This document shows, piece by piece, positions 50,058 through 61,893 of a DNA stretch of 64,000 nucleotides. The stretch is from NCBI GenBank assembly GCA_014905635.1, contig JABVCE010000014.1:930001-994000 (forward strand). The letters run 5' to 3'. The notes under the pieces are model-generated. The model did no database searches and was not told the DNA's origin. It saw nothing but the letters and a program-made list of their open reading frames with translations. Each line of letters opens with the position of its first letter. Position 1 is the first letter of the stretch. A program made the position numbers and the translations under genes. This DNA is from Scenedesmus sp. PABB004. Its lineage: Eukaryota.

Positions 50058-53000
50058 TCAGCCTGCCAGCGCCCCCGGCTGCGGCGCGCCCGCCGCCTGC
50101 CGCAGCCGCGGCGCGCTGCCGGCCGCCGCGCCCGCCGCGTGGTGCTGCTGCACCGCCACCTGCTGCTCCTGCTGCTGCTGCTCCTGCTGCTGCTCCTGCT
50201 GCTGCTGCTGCTCCCCAGCTCGATGATGCTGCGTTCCCGCCTGCCGCTGCGACGCCTCGCCGCCCGCCGCGTCGGCGAGCAGCTCTCCCCGGACCTGCAT
50301 GAGCAGCTGGCCCAGGTGGTTGGCGCCGAGGCCGTCGTAGCCGGAGCCCCAGTAGCGGTCGTGCGGGCTGCTCTCCAGCAGCACCGCGCCGCCGCCGCCG
50401 CCGCCGCCGGCGCCGCCGCCGGGGCCGGCGGTCGAGAGGAGCATCTCCCGCGGCCCCGCGTGCGCGCCGAACTTGGCGCGCAGCGCGCCCAGCATCACGC
50501 GGCGCTTGGCGGCAGCCCAGTCGGGCCGCAGCAGCTCGGGGCGCTCGCGCTCGGCGCGCCGCCCCAGCCGCGCCGCCTCCTCGGGGCTGAGCGACGCGGC
50601 GATCGCCTCCACCAGCGCCGCCGCCTCGTCGCCGGGCACGCCCGCAAACTTCTGGGCCTGGTAGTAATGCTCCACGCTCGCCCACCGCCGCAGCGGCGCG
50701 CCAGCCGGCGCCGCGTCGCGGCCCGCCGCGCCGGGGGGCATCTCGACCGCGTGGGGCGAAAAGTTGGACAGCGCGCCCCACTCGTCCCAGGCCTTGTAAA
50801 AGTGCACCACCGTGCCGTCGCCCGGGCGGTTGGGGCGCGCCTGCGCCGCCTGGCCGCCGCCGCCGCTGCTGCTGCCGCTGCTGCTGCCGGCCGATGCAGC
50901 CGCGGCGGCGCCCGCGGCGCCGCCGCGGGCGCCCGGGTATGAGAGCGCCGCCTCGAGCGCTGCGAGGCCGCCCGAGGAGGGCAGGTAGCCCGTGACCATG
51001 AGGTCCGGGCCGACCTGGCGGGGTGAGCGGGGTGTGAGGGGTGAGAGGGGTGAGCGGGGTGAGAGGGGTTTGAGTGGCGGCGGCGGCGGGCAGCGAGCGC
51101 GGGCGAGTGCGGGCGAGGGCGAGGGAGTGAGGGCCGGAGTGAGGGAGGGAGAGCCCCCAGCGGGGGCGCGCAGGGGCGCACCTGCTGCCAGGTCGGGTCG
51201 GCGAGGGAGACGGCCTGCGTCATCTCCACGTTGCCCAGCTCCCCCACCGGCGTGGGCGCGCGGTCGCCGCCGATGATCTTGGGCGCGATGAACGCAAGCA
51301 CCTGCGTGTGTGGGTGTGCGGGTGTGCGGGTGGGTGGGTGTGCGGGTGGGTGGGTGTGCGTGGCGCGGGGGCGGCAGGCGGGGCGGTGAGGGGCGGGGGG
51401 TGGTGGAGAGGGGCCCGGGGCGCCTGCGCGCGCGAGCGGCGGGCGCGGCCGCAACACGGCGCGGGCGCCGCCGCGCCTTGTGGATCACGCCGCCGGCGAT
51501 GGCGGGCGCCGCGAGCGTGCCGCCGCACTCCCAGAACACCTGCGCGCGGCGCGGGCGCGGCGCGCGTCGGCGCCCCGCCGGCCCGCCCGCCGCGCTCGCG
51601 TGCCATCGCCGGCGGCCGGCCGCGACGCCCCCTGCTCAAAGAAACGACCCCGACCCGCCGCGCGCGCCTGCAGGAAGCCCCGCTCGTAGCAGTAGTCGGC
51701 GACTGCGGCGGGCGTGAGGAAATCAAACTCCACCACCTCCACGCCGCGCGACCGCAGGTGCGCCTGGAACGGCGCGCGCGCGCCGCGCTGCGTCATCACG
51801 ATCGTCGGCGCCTCCTGCGGACCGCGGCGCCGGCGGCGGCGGCGGCGGCGCGTGGGCGAGCGCAGGGGGAGGGGCGCCACTCCGCGTGGCGCTGCGGCGC
51901 GGCTTCATCATCAGCGGGGCGGGGGCTCGGATCAAGAAATTCAACCATTGTGTTATGTGCTTCGTCAGCGCAGGAGCTGCTCGGAAGCGCGGATAACTGC
52001 TTCGTCACTGCCCCCGCCGCCGCTGGCCGCCACGCGCGCGCGCCGGGCCAGGCCAGCGCCGCCGTGTCGCGCGCGCCGCGCGCCGCGCCGCACCTGCGTG
52101 TCCCAGAGGTTGGCCGCGTGTGGCAGGTCGAGCGTGCGCGACATGACGACGCGCACAGGGAGGTGCCCGCCCTCGCGCCGCGTCGTGAGCCGCGGGTCGT
52201 CGCGGCGCACCGTGTTGCCGCCCACGACGACCGCGTCGCTCGCGGCGCGCGCGTCAAACACGCGCGCGCGGCTCGCGGGGCTGCTCACCCACGCGCTGTG
52301 CCCCGCCGCGGTAGCAATCTTGCCGTCCAGCGTCATCGCATACTTGAGCACGCTCAGCGGCGCGCGCAGCACCGCGCGGTGCAGCAGCGCCTCGTTCGCG
52401 GCCAGGCAGCGCGCCAGCGCGGCGTCGGCGGCGCCCGGCGCGGCGCCGCCACCGAGCGGGGCCTCGCCGAGCACGTCGACGGCCAGCCCGGCCGCGGCGT
52501 ACGCGCGCACGGCCTTGTTCCTGCGAGGACGCGCCGCGGCGGCGGCGGCGCCGCGGTGGGCGGCGCGCGGGGCGCGCGCGGGGCGCGGCCCCCCCCGCCG
52601 ACGCGCCGCGCGCAGCCACACCGCCCCGCCGCGCGGCCGCCGCCACGCCGCGCCCAGCCGGCTGCGCGCGCGCCGCACCGCAGGTGCGCGAGCGGGTGGC
52701 GCAGGCCCACGACGACGCGCGCCACGCCCGCGCCCAGCAGCGCGCCGACCGCCGCCTCGTCGCCGTGGCAGTCGCCCGTCTCCAGGTTGACGTACGCTGT
52801 CGCGCCGCGCGCCGCCTCGCGCGCCTCGCGCGCGGCGAGCACCTCGGCGGGCGTGCTGCCCTGCGCGCGCTGCACGCCCGCGCCGACGCGCCGGCCGTCG
52901 GGCGACACCAGCACGCACGCGGCGTTGGGGTGCGGCGCCGTCACGCCTGCGCGAGGGGGCGGGCAGCAGGGTCGCACCAGCCCGCTGCTCGTGGCAGCGC

Positions 53001-53540
53001 TCGCCGCGGCGCGCTGGCCAGGCCGCCGCCGCACCCGTCAGGCTCTGCGACAGCTCCGCCGCCTCCACCAGGCGCTCCAGGTCATCCCCTGCAGGGCCGG
53101 GCGGCGGTCCGGGTCGGCGCGGGCCAGTGTGGGCGCCGCGCGCGCCGCGCGCGCCGCGCGCCGCCGCGCGCGCGCCCGCCGCTGCTCGCAGCGCGCGCGC
53201 GCCCGCGCCGCGCCGGCCGGGCGCCGCTCCGACGCGCGCGGGGCAGCGGCGCGTGGGCGTCGCGGCGGGGCAGGCCCCCGAGGCGCTGCTGCCGCGCGGG
53301 CGCACCCGAGAGCGCGGCGCAGCGACGTGCCCGATGCCGGCGCAACCGCGGCCCCTGCGGGGCGCACGGGCCGCGTGGGACCGCGCGCGCGGGCGCACCA
53401 GATCGGGGCGGCCCCCGGCCAGGTCCCCGGCCACGCACCGCGCCGCTGGCGGCCGCAGCGAGGCAGCAGGGACCCCGCGCGCCGGCGCTGCTCAGCGCCG
53501 GCGCGCGCGGGCCCGCGGCCGCTGGGCGCGCCGCCGCCAT
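50058..53540 (-). CDS. PYRR: Riboflavin pathway pyrimidine reductase PyrR (degenerate deaminase, reductase, NADAR/COG3236)
   Basis: TAPHPNAACVL, LKYAMTLDGKIAT, VGGNTVRRDDPRLT, WECGGTLA, IAPKIIGG, WGALSNFSPH, SVEHYYQAQKF, LVESSPHD-like LLESSPHDRYWG, NHLGQLLM. The start codon is less certain. Confidence 0.92.
51920..52016 (-). ncRNA. Intronic box C/D snoRNA, U36/snR47-like, two LSU rRNA guides
   Basis: 7-bp terminal stem CGGGGGC/GCCCCCG. C box GTGACGA (52008-52002), D' CCGA (51984-51981), C' CTGACGA (51968-51962), D CCGA (51930-51927). Guides are complementary to conserved LSU rRNA AAGAAAUUCAACCA and AAGCGCGGGUAA (rRNA sequence recalled from memory). Confidence 0.85.
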
Positions 53541-54213
53541 GGCGAGTCGGCGGTCTGTGTCAACGGCGGCCCGCCATTGGGCAGCGCAGGCGGGCGCGAG
53601 GCGGCAGCAGCAGCAGCAGCAGTGGTGGCGGGCGGCGCGCGGTCTCTCTCTCTCTCTATCGGGCGCGCGTGTCTGGTGCGATGCGGGGCGGGTCGTCAGC
53701 GACACGCTGCGCCCCGCAGGGTCTGGGCGAGCTCGGCCGCCCGGCTGCCGCGCTCGGGCGTGCTCCGCTTCATCCCCGCACCCCCGCCCCCGCACCGTCC
53801 TCGGCCCGCGACGACAACACCAGCCCGCCGCCAGCGCACGCACGCAGGACGCAGCGCAGCAGCAGCAGCACCCTCCGCCCGCAGCCCCTCGCGCAGGCCA
53901 GCGCCCGCAGCCGCAGCCCCGCAGCCCCGGCCACCGCACCGGGTGGCTCTGGCAATGGTGGGCGCGCCACGCGGGCCTGCGGGCAGCCAGGGCGCGGCGG
54001 CGCGGGCCATCAGCGCCGCGGACGGCGGCCGCGCCGCGCCGGCCCCTCCCCCGCCCCTCCCCTCCCACGCCCCGCCCCGCCGCCGCCCCGCCGCAGGCCC
54101 CGGTGCGCGGCGCGAGCCGCCGGCCGTAGGACGGAGACGCAGCCGCAGCGCGGCAGTGCAGCAGCAGCAGCAGCAGCCCCGCCCGCCGCGCTGAGCGCGG
54201 TCGCCCGCCGCCC

Positions 54214-54804
54214 ATGGACCCCGCAGGTGGCGTCCCCGCCGCCGCTGGCGCGGGCGCCGCCACGGCTGGCGCGCCGCCGCCGCCGCTGCCACCGGGCGCG
54301 CCGCCCGCCGCCGCCGGCGGCGCCGCTCCGCTGCCGACGCCGCCGGCGGCCGCCGTGACCGCGGCGGCGCCACCGGCCGTGACCGCGGCGGCGCCGCCGC
54401 CCGCCGCCGTGCTGCCCGGGCCGCCGCCGCCGGCGGCCGCCGTGGCGGCGGCGCCGCAGCCCGCCGTGCTGCCCGGGCCGCCGCCGCCGGCCGCCGGGGG
54501 TGCGCCCATGTCGAGCGCGCTCGCGCTCGTGCCGTCCGGGCCGACCTCCTGGCCGGGCGGCCGGCGCGGGCGCGGCGGCGGCGGCGCGCTGGTGACGACC
54601 AAGGAGATTGACGAGATGCATGGTGACGAGATTACCCGCAGCCTCGCGCTCTTTGCAATGAACAAGCCGACCGGCATCTACTCCAAGCCCCGCGGCCGGT
54701 GCGCGGCCGGCCGGGGGCGCACGCAGCGGCGGCGGCGGCGCGCGGCGCGCGCGGCCGCGCGCGCGGCGCTCGGCCCCAGGAGCCAGCCTCACGCGAGCCC
54801 GCCC

Positions 54805-54841
<37 letters not shown>

Positions 54842-57306
54842 GCGCAGGTACAAGCTCGCCGGCGGGGAGGACTCGGAGGAGGAGCCCGAGCCGGAGCCGC
54901 CGGGGTCGCCCGAGCCCGAGATGTTCATGGTCGCGGGGCCGGGCCTCGCCGGCGGCGCGGCGGGCACGCCCGCGGTCGTCACCGTGACCGCGCGCGACGC
55001 GCAGCGCCGCCGCATCACCGCCGGCGGCGAGGAGGTCGCCGTCACGGTGACGCCCGGGCTCGGCGTCGCGCCCGGCGCGGCGCCGCTGAACGCCGAGGTG
55101 GTCGACCGCGGCGACGGCAGCTACGTCGCGCGCTTTGCGGTGCCGAGCAAGGGCAACTGGTCCATCCGCGTGACCGTGGAGGGCATCGAGGTCGACGGCT
55201 CGCCCTTCCCCGTCTTTTTCGGCGCGCCGGGCAGCCTCGACGCCGCAGAGGCGGCCGCGGCGGCCGACGAGGCGATCGCCGCGGCGGCGGCGGGCCTCGC
55301 GCCCGCGCCCGGCGGCGCGCCCGGCGGCGCGCCGGCGCGCCCGGCGCCGGTGGCGCCGCGCCCGCGGCCGGCGGCGTGCCGGCGGCGCCGAAGCTCATCG
55401 GCGCGGCGCTCGGCGCGGCGCCGGTCGGCGCGCCGCTGCCGCTGCTGCCGGGCGCGGCGCTCGGCGCGGCGGCGCTCGCGCCGGGGCTGCCCAACCTGCC
55501 CGGCGGCCCCGGCGCGATGATGGCGGCGGCGATGGCGTCGGCCGCCGCCGCGGCCGCGGCGGGCGCGAGCTTTGTGCACCCCCTCGCGGCCAACCCGCTG
55601 CACACGCAGCTCGCGACGCAGATGCTCGCGACCAAGGCCTCCCCCGACGCCGCGGCGCGGTGCGTCGTCGTGAGCGGCTTCCCGCCGGGGCTCGACGCGG
55701 CCGCGCTGCGCGCGCTCATGGGCGTCGCGGGCGGCGTGGCCGACGTCTCGCTCGCCGCCGCGGTGGGCGAGCAGCTCGCACTCGTCGAGTTTGAGGACGA
55801 GGCCGGCGCGGGCACGGCGCTCTCGCTCGGCGGCATGGCCATCGGCGACGCCTACACGCTGCAGGCGCGGCGCGGCGCGGGCCGCTGCGGCGCGCGGCGC
55901 AGCGCATGGGCGCGCGCCGCCGCGCCCGTCACCGCGCCGCCGCGCTCACACACGCCGCCGCCGCGCGCGCGCGCGCGCGCAGGTCGTCAAGGCGCCGGCG
56001 GTGAGCGCGCGGGACGTGCTGGCGCTCAACCCGGTTCTGGCGATGCAGATGCAGCAGGTACAGGCGGCGCAGGCCTCGATGGCCCAGAGCAAGGCGCTGC
56101 TGGCGCAGCTGCGCGCCAACGCGGGCCTGCCCGCGGCGGCGGCGAGCGGCGGCGGTGCCGGCGGCGGCGGTCGGGGGCGCAGTCGCAGCCGCAGCCGCGA
56201 CCGCAGCCGCGACCGCGGGCGGCGCAGCCGCAGCCCGCCGGCGTTTGTGCTGGAGCGCCTCCGGCAGCGCGAGCTGCAGCAGCAGCGCGCCGGCGGCGGC
56301 GGGGGCGGCAGCGGCCCGCGCTTCTGGCCCGACCGGTGCGTGGGCGCTTAGCGCCGCGCCTGGGGCGCGCACGCGCACGCGCGCTGCGCCCGCCGCCGAC
56401 GCGCAGCGCCCGCCGCCGCCGCCGCCCGCGCCCGCAGGCCCAGCTCCACCCGGCGCAGCAGGAGCAGGGAGCGCAGCCGGCGCGAGCGCAGCCGGAGCAG
56501 GGAGCGCAGCCGGCGCGAGCGCAGCCGGAGCAGGCGCCGCAGCCCCGAGCGCCGCCGCAGCCGCAGCAAGGACCGGGCAGGCGGCCTGCGCCGCGGCGAC
56601 AGCAGGCGCGAGCGCAGCAGGGAGCGACGCAGCCGCAGCCGCGACCGCCGGCGCTCGCGGTCGGGCTCCGCCGAGCGCGGCGGCCGCCGCGACAGGGACC
56701 GCGAGCGGGGCAGGGAGCAGCGCGAGGGCAAGCGCGAGGGCGGCCGGGGCGGCGCCAAGGAGGAGCTGCAGCCGGGCGGCGAGGGCGGGGCGGGCGCCGC
56801 ACCGACGGCAGAGGCCGGCGCGGAGCAGGCGCAGGGCGGGGCGCCGGCGGCCGACGCGGAGCGGCCTGGCGACGGCGGCGTCGATGGTGGCGTCGCCAAC
56901 GGCGCCAACGGCGCGGCCAGCCCGCCCGCCAAGCGCTCGCGGAGCCGCAGCCCCGCCGGCGAGGAGGCGCCCGCCGCTGCCAACGGCGGCGACGGGGGCG
57001 CGCCGGCCGGCGAGGAGGCCGGCGGCGGCGACGTGGCGGCAGCCGCGCCGCAGGCGGCGGACGGCGCGGCCCGCGGCGGCCGACGGAGAGCGCGGCGACC
57101 GCCGCGGCAAGCGCCGCAGCCGCTCCCGCAGCAGGAGCCGGCGCCGGTCGCGCTCGCGCAGCCGCGGCCGGCGCAGCGCGAGCCGCTCCCGCTCGCGCGA
57201 CGGCGGGCGCCGCAAGCGCTCCCGGAGCCGCAGCGGTGAGCGGCGGCACCACAAGTCGCACAAGTCGCACAAGAGCAAGCACAAGCACCACAAGGGCGAC
57301 CGCTGA
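54214..57306 (+). CDS. Filamin-repeat + RRM + RS-domain protein (SR-like splicing factor)
   Basis: Filamin Ig-like fold (VAGPGL...VTARDAQRRRITAGG...DRGDGSYVARF...SPFPVFF), RRM (VVVSGFP...ALVEFEDE) and a long RS/RD tail ending HKSHKSKHKHHKGDR*. Frame break near 55335. Confidence 0.8.
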
Positions 57307-57780
57307 CCGGCTGCGGGGCGCTGGCGCAGTGCGGCGGCCGCGGCGGGCGGCAGAGGAGGACGCGTGGGGGAGAGAGTAACGGCGCTGTCCGGTCCAGTTT
57401 CATTGTTGGCGGTGCCCGCGGCAGCACGCGCCGCCCTCGCCCGCGTCGCAGCGGCTGCCCCCTGTCGCAGGGGGCGGCACCGCTCCCCCCGTCGTCACCG
57501 ACTGCGACCCCCCCCCCCCGGCCTGGTCCTGCATCAATGCCCAGGTGAGCGCGGCGCTGCAAAACTCGGTGCTGGCGGCGCCCGCGGCGCTGTGCGGGTG
57601 CGTTCGAATGGACGCGGCGCGCCGCCGCGCGCCGGCACTGCCGCCAGCCGTCGGCGGCTGCAGCGCAGCGCCGGTGCGCCGCGCGCGCGCGCGTCCGGTG
57701 TCCGCCAGTCCTGCTGGGGCAGCCAGTTGCAACTGGCCCAATTGGGTTCTAATCCTCGTCCCCTCCCATCTGCCGCCGGC

Positions 57781-60700
57781 TCACGCGCCGGTGCTGGGCG
57801 TGGTGATGGGCCGGATGCCGCCGCCGGTCGACACGCGCGGCCGGCGCGGCGACGCCGCGGCGGCCGACGCGGGCGAGCCCGGCTGCTCGGGGTCGGCGCG
57901 CGCCTTGGCCGCCGGCGACAGCGGCGAGCCCGGCTCGCCGCTGAGCGTGCGCGCGCGGTAGGCGTGGGTGGCGGCGTCGTACATGCCGCTGCGCTCGAGC
58001 TGGCGCGGCGCGGCGGAGGGCGGAGGGCGGAGGGCGGCGTCGGCGCGCGCGCGCCTGCGCTGCACGCGCAGGCCGGCGGGGCCTTGGCCTTGGCGCGTGC
58101 GGCACGTGGGCGCGGCGCGCAGCTCACCCGGCGCTTCGGCACCTCCAGGACGAGCCCGGCGATGGTCAGCGCGCCCAGCAGTGCAAAGATGGGCGCCAGC
58201 CATGCCGCGAGGCTGCCGCGGCGCGCGGCGAGCAGCGCGCCCAGCACGCACGTGGCCACGCCTGCGGCGGGCGGGGCGGGGCGGGGTCGGCGTCGGCAGC
58301 CGCTCCTGGCTGGCTCCTGTGCCTCCCCCTGAACACGCGCCGCCGCGCGCACCGACGAGGACGGTCAGCCAGCCCAGCGCGGCGTGGCCGCGCCGCCAGC
58401 CGCCGGCCTTGCGGCTCGCCGCGCCCGGCCAGGTGAGGCCGAGCAGGGCCTGGAGCACCGCGAGCCCCGTGGCGGCGGCAGCGAGCGCAAAGTGTGGCAG
58501 GGTCAGGCCGGCGAGGCCCGCCACGCCGCCGCTGGCGGACCAGAGCAGGGCCATGGGCACGGCAAAGGACGCCGCCACGGCGGCCACGCCCAGCGCCTGC
58601 AGCCCGTTGTGGAGGTGGCGCCACAGCGCCGACACCTGCCCGGGCTGCGGCGGCGGTTGGGCGGCGGCGCCGGCGGCAGCGGTGAGCGCCCGCGCGCGCG
58701 CGCCGGCTGGCCTCGGCCCCGCGCCGGCGCGGCCTTGGACCCCGCGCGTGCGGCCCCGCCAGGACCCCCGTGCGCGGCGACGCCGCGCCGGCGCACCTGG
58801 CCCTCGCCAAAGAGCCACTTGTGCCGCGCCAGCAGGCCGCCGGCGGGCAGCAAGAAGCAGAAGGCCGCGAGGCCGAGCGCGCCGTGCGCGACGATCGCCG
58901 CCGCGCGGGCGCCGGAGGGGCCGCCCGGGCCGGCGGACGCGGCGCCTGCGGCGGCGGGCGCGCGGGGAGGGGCGCGTGGGCAGCGCGCGCGGGCGCCGCC
59001 GGCGCTGCAGGTTCCTGCCGCGCGCGCGGCGGGCGGCGGTGAGCGCCGGCGGCGGCCGGCCGCGCCTGAGCGCATGTCGACGATGATGGACCCCTGCTGC
59101 TTGTGGCGCCCCAGCGCGGTGCTGGTGGAGGTGGCCCAGATCAGCGGCACAACTGGGGCGGCGGGGGCAGCAGCGGGGCGGGTCGGCGGGGGCTGGCCCG
59201 CGCGCGCGCACGCGCGTGGCGGCGCCGCGGCCGACGAGGCCCCCTCCTCTCGGGCGGCGTGCGGCGCACCGGCGGGGTTCAGGTTGCTGGTGAGCGCCGC
59301 GTCGGTCGTGGCGGGGCGGCTGAAGCAGAGCGTGGTGGTCTGGCTGTTGGAGGTGAGGTTGACGCGGCGCACGGCGCCCAGGCCGCTCGCCCAGCCGGGC
59401 GCGGGGCGGACGCCCAGCACGGTGCGCGAGGTGAGGCGGTGCGGCGCGACCTGCGCGCGGCGCAGGGCCGGGCGCTCGCGTGGGCGGCGCGCGCGCGCGC
59501 GGGCGGGCGGCGGCCGCCACACGAAGCGTGCGTCTCCCCCCGCCCAGCCTGCCCCAGCCGGCGACAAACCCGTGTGTCGCCCGTCTTGGGGTCCACGCTG
59601 CCGATGACCGCGTCCGAGGGCACCATCTGCCCCGGCGTGACGGGGAAGCCAACCCCCAGCCAGCCCTGCGCCGGCGGGCGCGGCGGCAGCAGCACAGCGC
59701 GGGCGCGTGCCCACATGTGTCAGCGCGCCGCTCAGCGGCCGCGGCAGCGCGTCCCGACGCAGCGCGTGGCGCGCCCGCGCGCCGCCGCACCTCCTCGCCG
59801 CTCTCTAGCGCAAGGTGCATCATCTCGCCGGCGCCCGGCGGCGGCGCGCGGCCGTCGGCCTTGCGCGTGCAGGCGTTGTCGGGCGCGGGCCCGCCGTAGC
59901 TGTAGTGCAGGCGCACGCCGCGCGACACCTCGCGGCTGCAGTCGTAGCCCAGGGAGGAGCCCTCGGGGCAGGCCGAGCCCGCCTGGCTCATCGTGGACGG
60001 CGCTGCGGCGGTGATCGTGGTCAGGACGCCGCTGCGCGGCTCCGGCTGCTGCGGCGCCGCCTCGGGATGCTCCTCGCCGGGCTGCTGCTGCGCCGCGGGC
60101 TCGGCGGACGCGCCGGCCGGCGCGGCGGGCTGCGGCTCGGGCTCCGCCGCGGCGGCGCCGGGGGTGCAGTGGTTGGGCGGGCACTGGCTCAGCCGCAGCA
60201 CGGGCAGCCCCAGCTGGCTCTTGGACAGCGGCGCCGTCGGCGAGGTCGCGCTGGAGACCTTCACCTCCACCGGGCCTGGCCCGGCGGCGGGCGGCGGCGG
60301 GCGGCAGGCGACAGGGGCGGTGTGTGGGCGCGGCGCTGGCGCGGGCACCCACGAGGGCGGCCGCCGTCCCCGCCGTCCCGCGCACCGAGCATGCCGCAGG
60401 CGACCTGCCACCGCGCGGTGAGGCGCCTGACCAGCTGCCGGTCGGGCGTCGTCAGCGCGTTGGCGCTGCGGCGCGCGGCGGCGGGCGGGCGGGCAGCAGA
60501 GTCGGCGCCGGACGGCGCGCGAGCGCCGCCGCGGCGGCGCGCGCCCCGCCGCGGCGGCGCGCGCCCCGCCGCGGCGGCGCGCGCCCCGCCGCACCAGCGC
60601 GGAACGTTGGCCTCCAGCAGCGTGCCCTGGGAGACGGTCAGCAGCGCGCCGCGCGGCGCCTCGCCCGCAAACGCCACCTCCACCGTGTGCGTCTCGCCCG

Positions 60701-61039
60701 GGCACAGCCCGGTCACGGGCTTACCATTCAGGCTGACGCTGAGCTCGCTCGCACTGCGCGCAGGGCGGGCAGCAGCAGCGGCGGCGGCGCGGGGCGTCAA
60801 GCGGCGCGCGTGGGCTGCCGCAGCTGCTGCGCCGGCTGGCCGGAGCTCTAGGGACTCTCCACCACGCTCCGCGCGCACCTGTCGAGCACCAGCGGCTGCG
60901 TGCCAGCCACAGCGCGAGTGGGGTGGCCGAAGCACCCTTGCTGCGGCGGGAGCAGCAAAGAGCCCGTCGCGCCTGTCGTCGCTAAGGCTACGACCAGAGC
61001 TGCCACCAGCTGCAGCGCGCCAAAAAAACGCAGCTGCAT
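57781..61039 (-). CDS. Signal peptide + reeler-like + DOMON + cytochrome b561 protein (ferric-chelate reductase-like)
   Basis: Signal MQLRFFGALQLVAALVV; LCPGETHTVEV; DOMON GWLGVGF...QMVPSDAVIG...LIWA...H; b561 histidines in AHGAL, LHNGLQ, PHFAL and GHAALG. Confidence 0.8.
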
Positions 61040-61893
61040 GGCGTCGGCGCCAGACGAGCCGCAAGGGTCGGCTCGCGCGCAGGCAGCCTCGCAGAGGCTG
61101 GCAGCGACGCTGGACGTCGTGGGTGTCGATGTGAGCGTCGGGGAATCGTGCGGGAGCTGCTCGAGCAGCGCTGCGAGCTCAGGGTCTGCCGGCGGCGTCC
61201 GCAGAGCTGGCACGCGTCCCGGGAACACGCGGCGCGCTTGCACGGCCCCGCACGCACGCGGGGTGCGACGACCGCCAAAAACTCTCACTAGCTCACGCGC
61301 CGCGCGCGCGCCCCGCGCGCTCCGCAACCGCAGCGCCGCACGCGGTGAGCGCACGAGCTTCGCCGACGCAGACCGACCTACCACACCACCACAATGAACA
61401 GTGCTGAGTCACGCGTTGCCGCACGCAGTGCCGGAAGTGCAGGGGAGAGGGCGCCGGTCCAACCATGGCGGGCGTGGGCGCGCCGCGCCGCCGCCCCACC
61501 TGCCGGCGTGCGGGGGCAAACGCGGCCCCTCGGGCCGCCGCTGCTGGTGGTCGCCCCCACCAGTGCAAAGCTGTCCACGCGGCGGCGCGCCCCGGCCGCC
61601 GACTGGCTTCCCCCGACCCACCCCCTGCATACATGCAGCCAGCTGCTGCGGGGGAGCCAAAACCACGCGGCGCCGCGCCACGCGCGAGAGGGGCACGAGC
61701 TGCCGGGCGGCGGCGCCGGCTGCGGCACGGGCGCCGCCGCCGCATGGACACAGGCGCGTCGGGCGGCGCCGCGGGCGCCGGGCGCCCGGGCGCGCCGCGT
61801 GCCCCCGCCTCGCCGCCGGGTGCGCGTGGTTGGCGGCGCCTGCTGGGCGCCCGCTGCGCCTGCTGCGCCGCGCCACATCAACGCCACATCACG

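Noticed and set aside
51860..51913. TGATGATGA (C-box-like) and a small hairpin just downstream of the snoRNA, as a second snoRNA
   Set aside because: No D box, terminal stem or rRNA guide found.
50058..53540. PyrR fusion with a NADAR domain and a deaminase domain lacking zinc ligands (TPAE, LETGDCHG)
   Set aside because: This is the known architecture of green-lineage PyrR.
51308..54358. Very long Arg/Ala/Pro-rich ORFs (this 1016-aa one and most of the ORF track)
   Set aside because: Stop codons are scarce at this GC content. These ORFs are antisense or off-frame to spliced genes and show no domain motifs.
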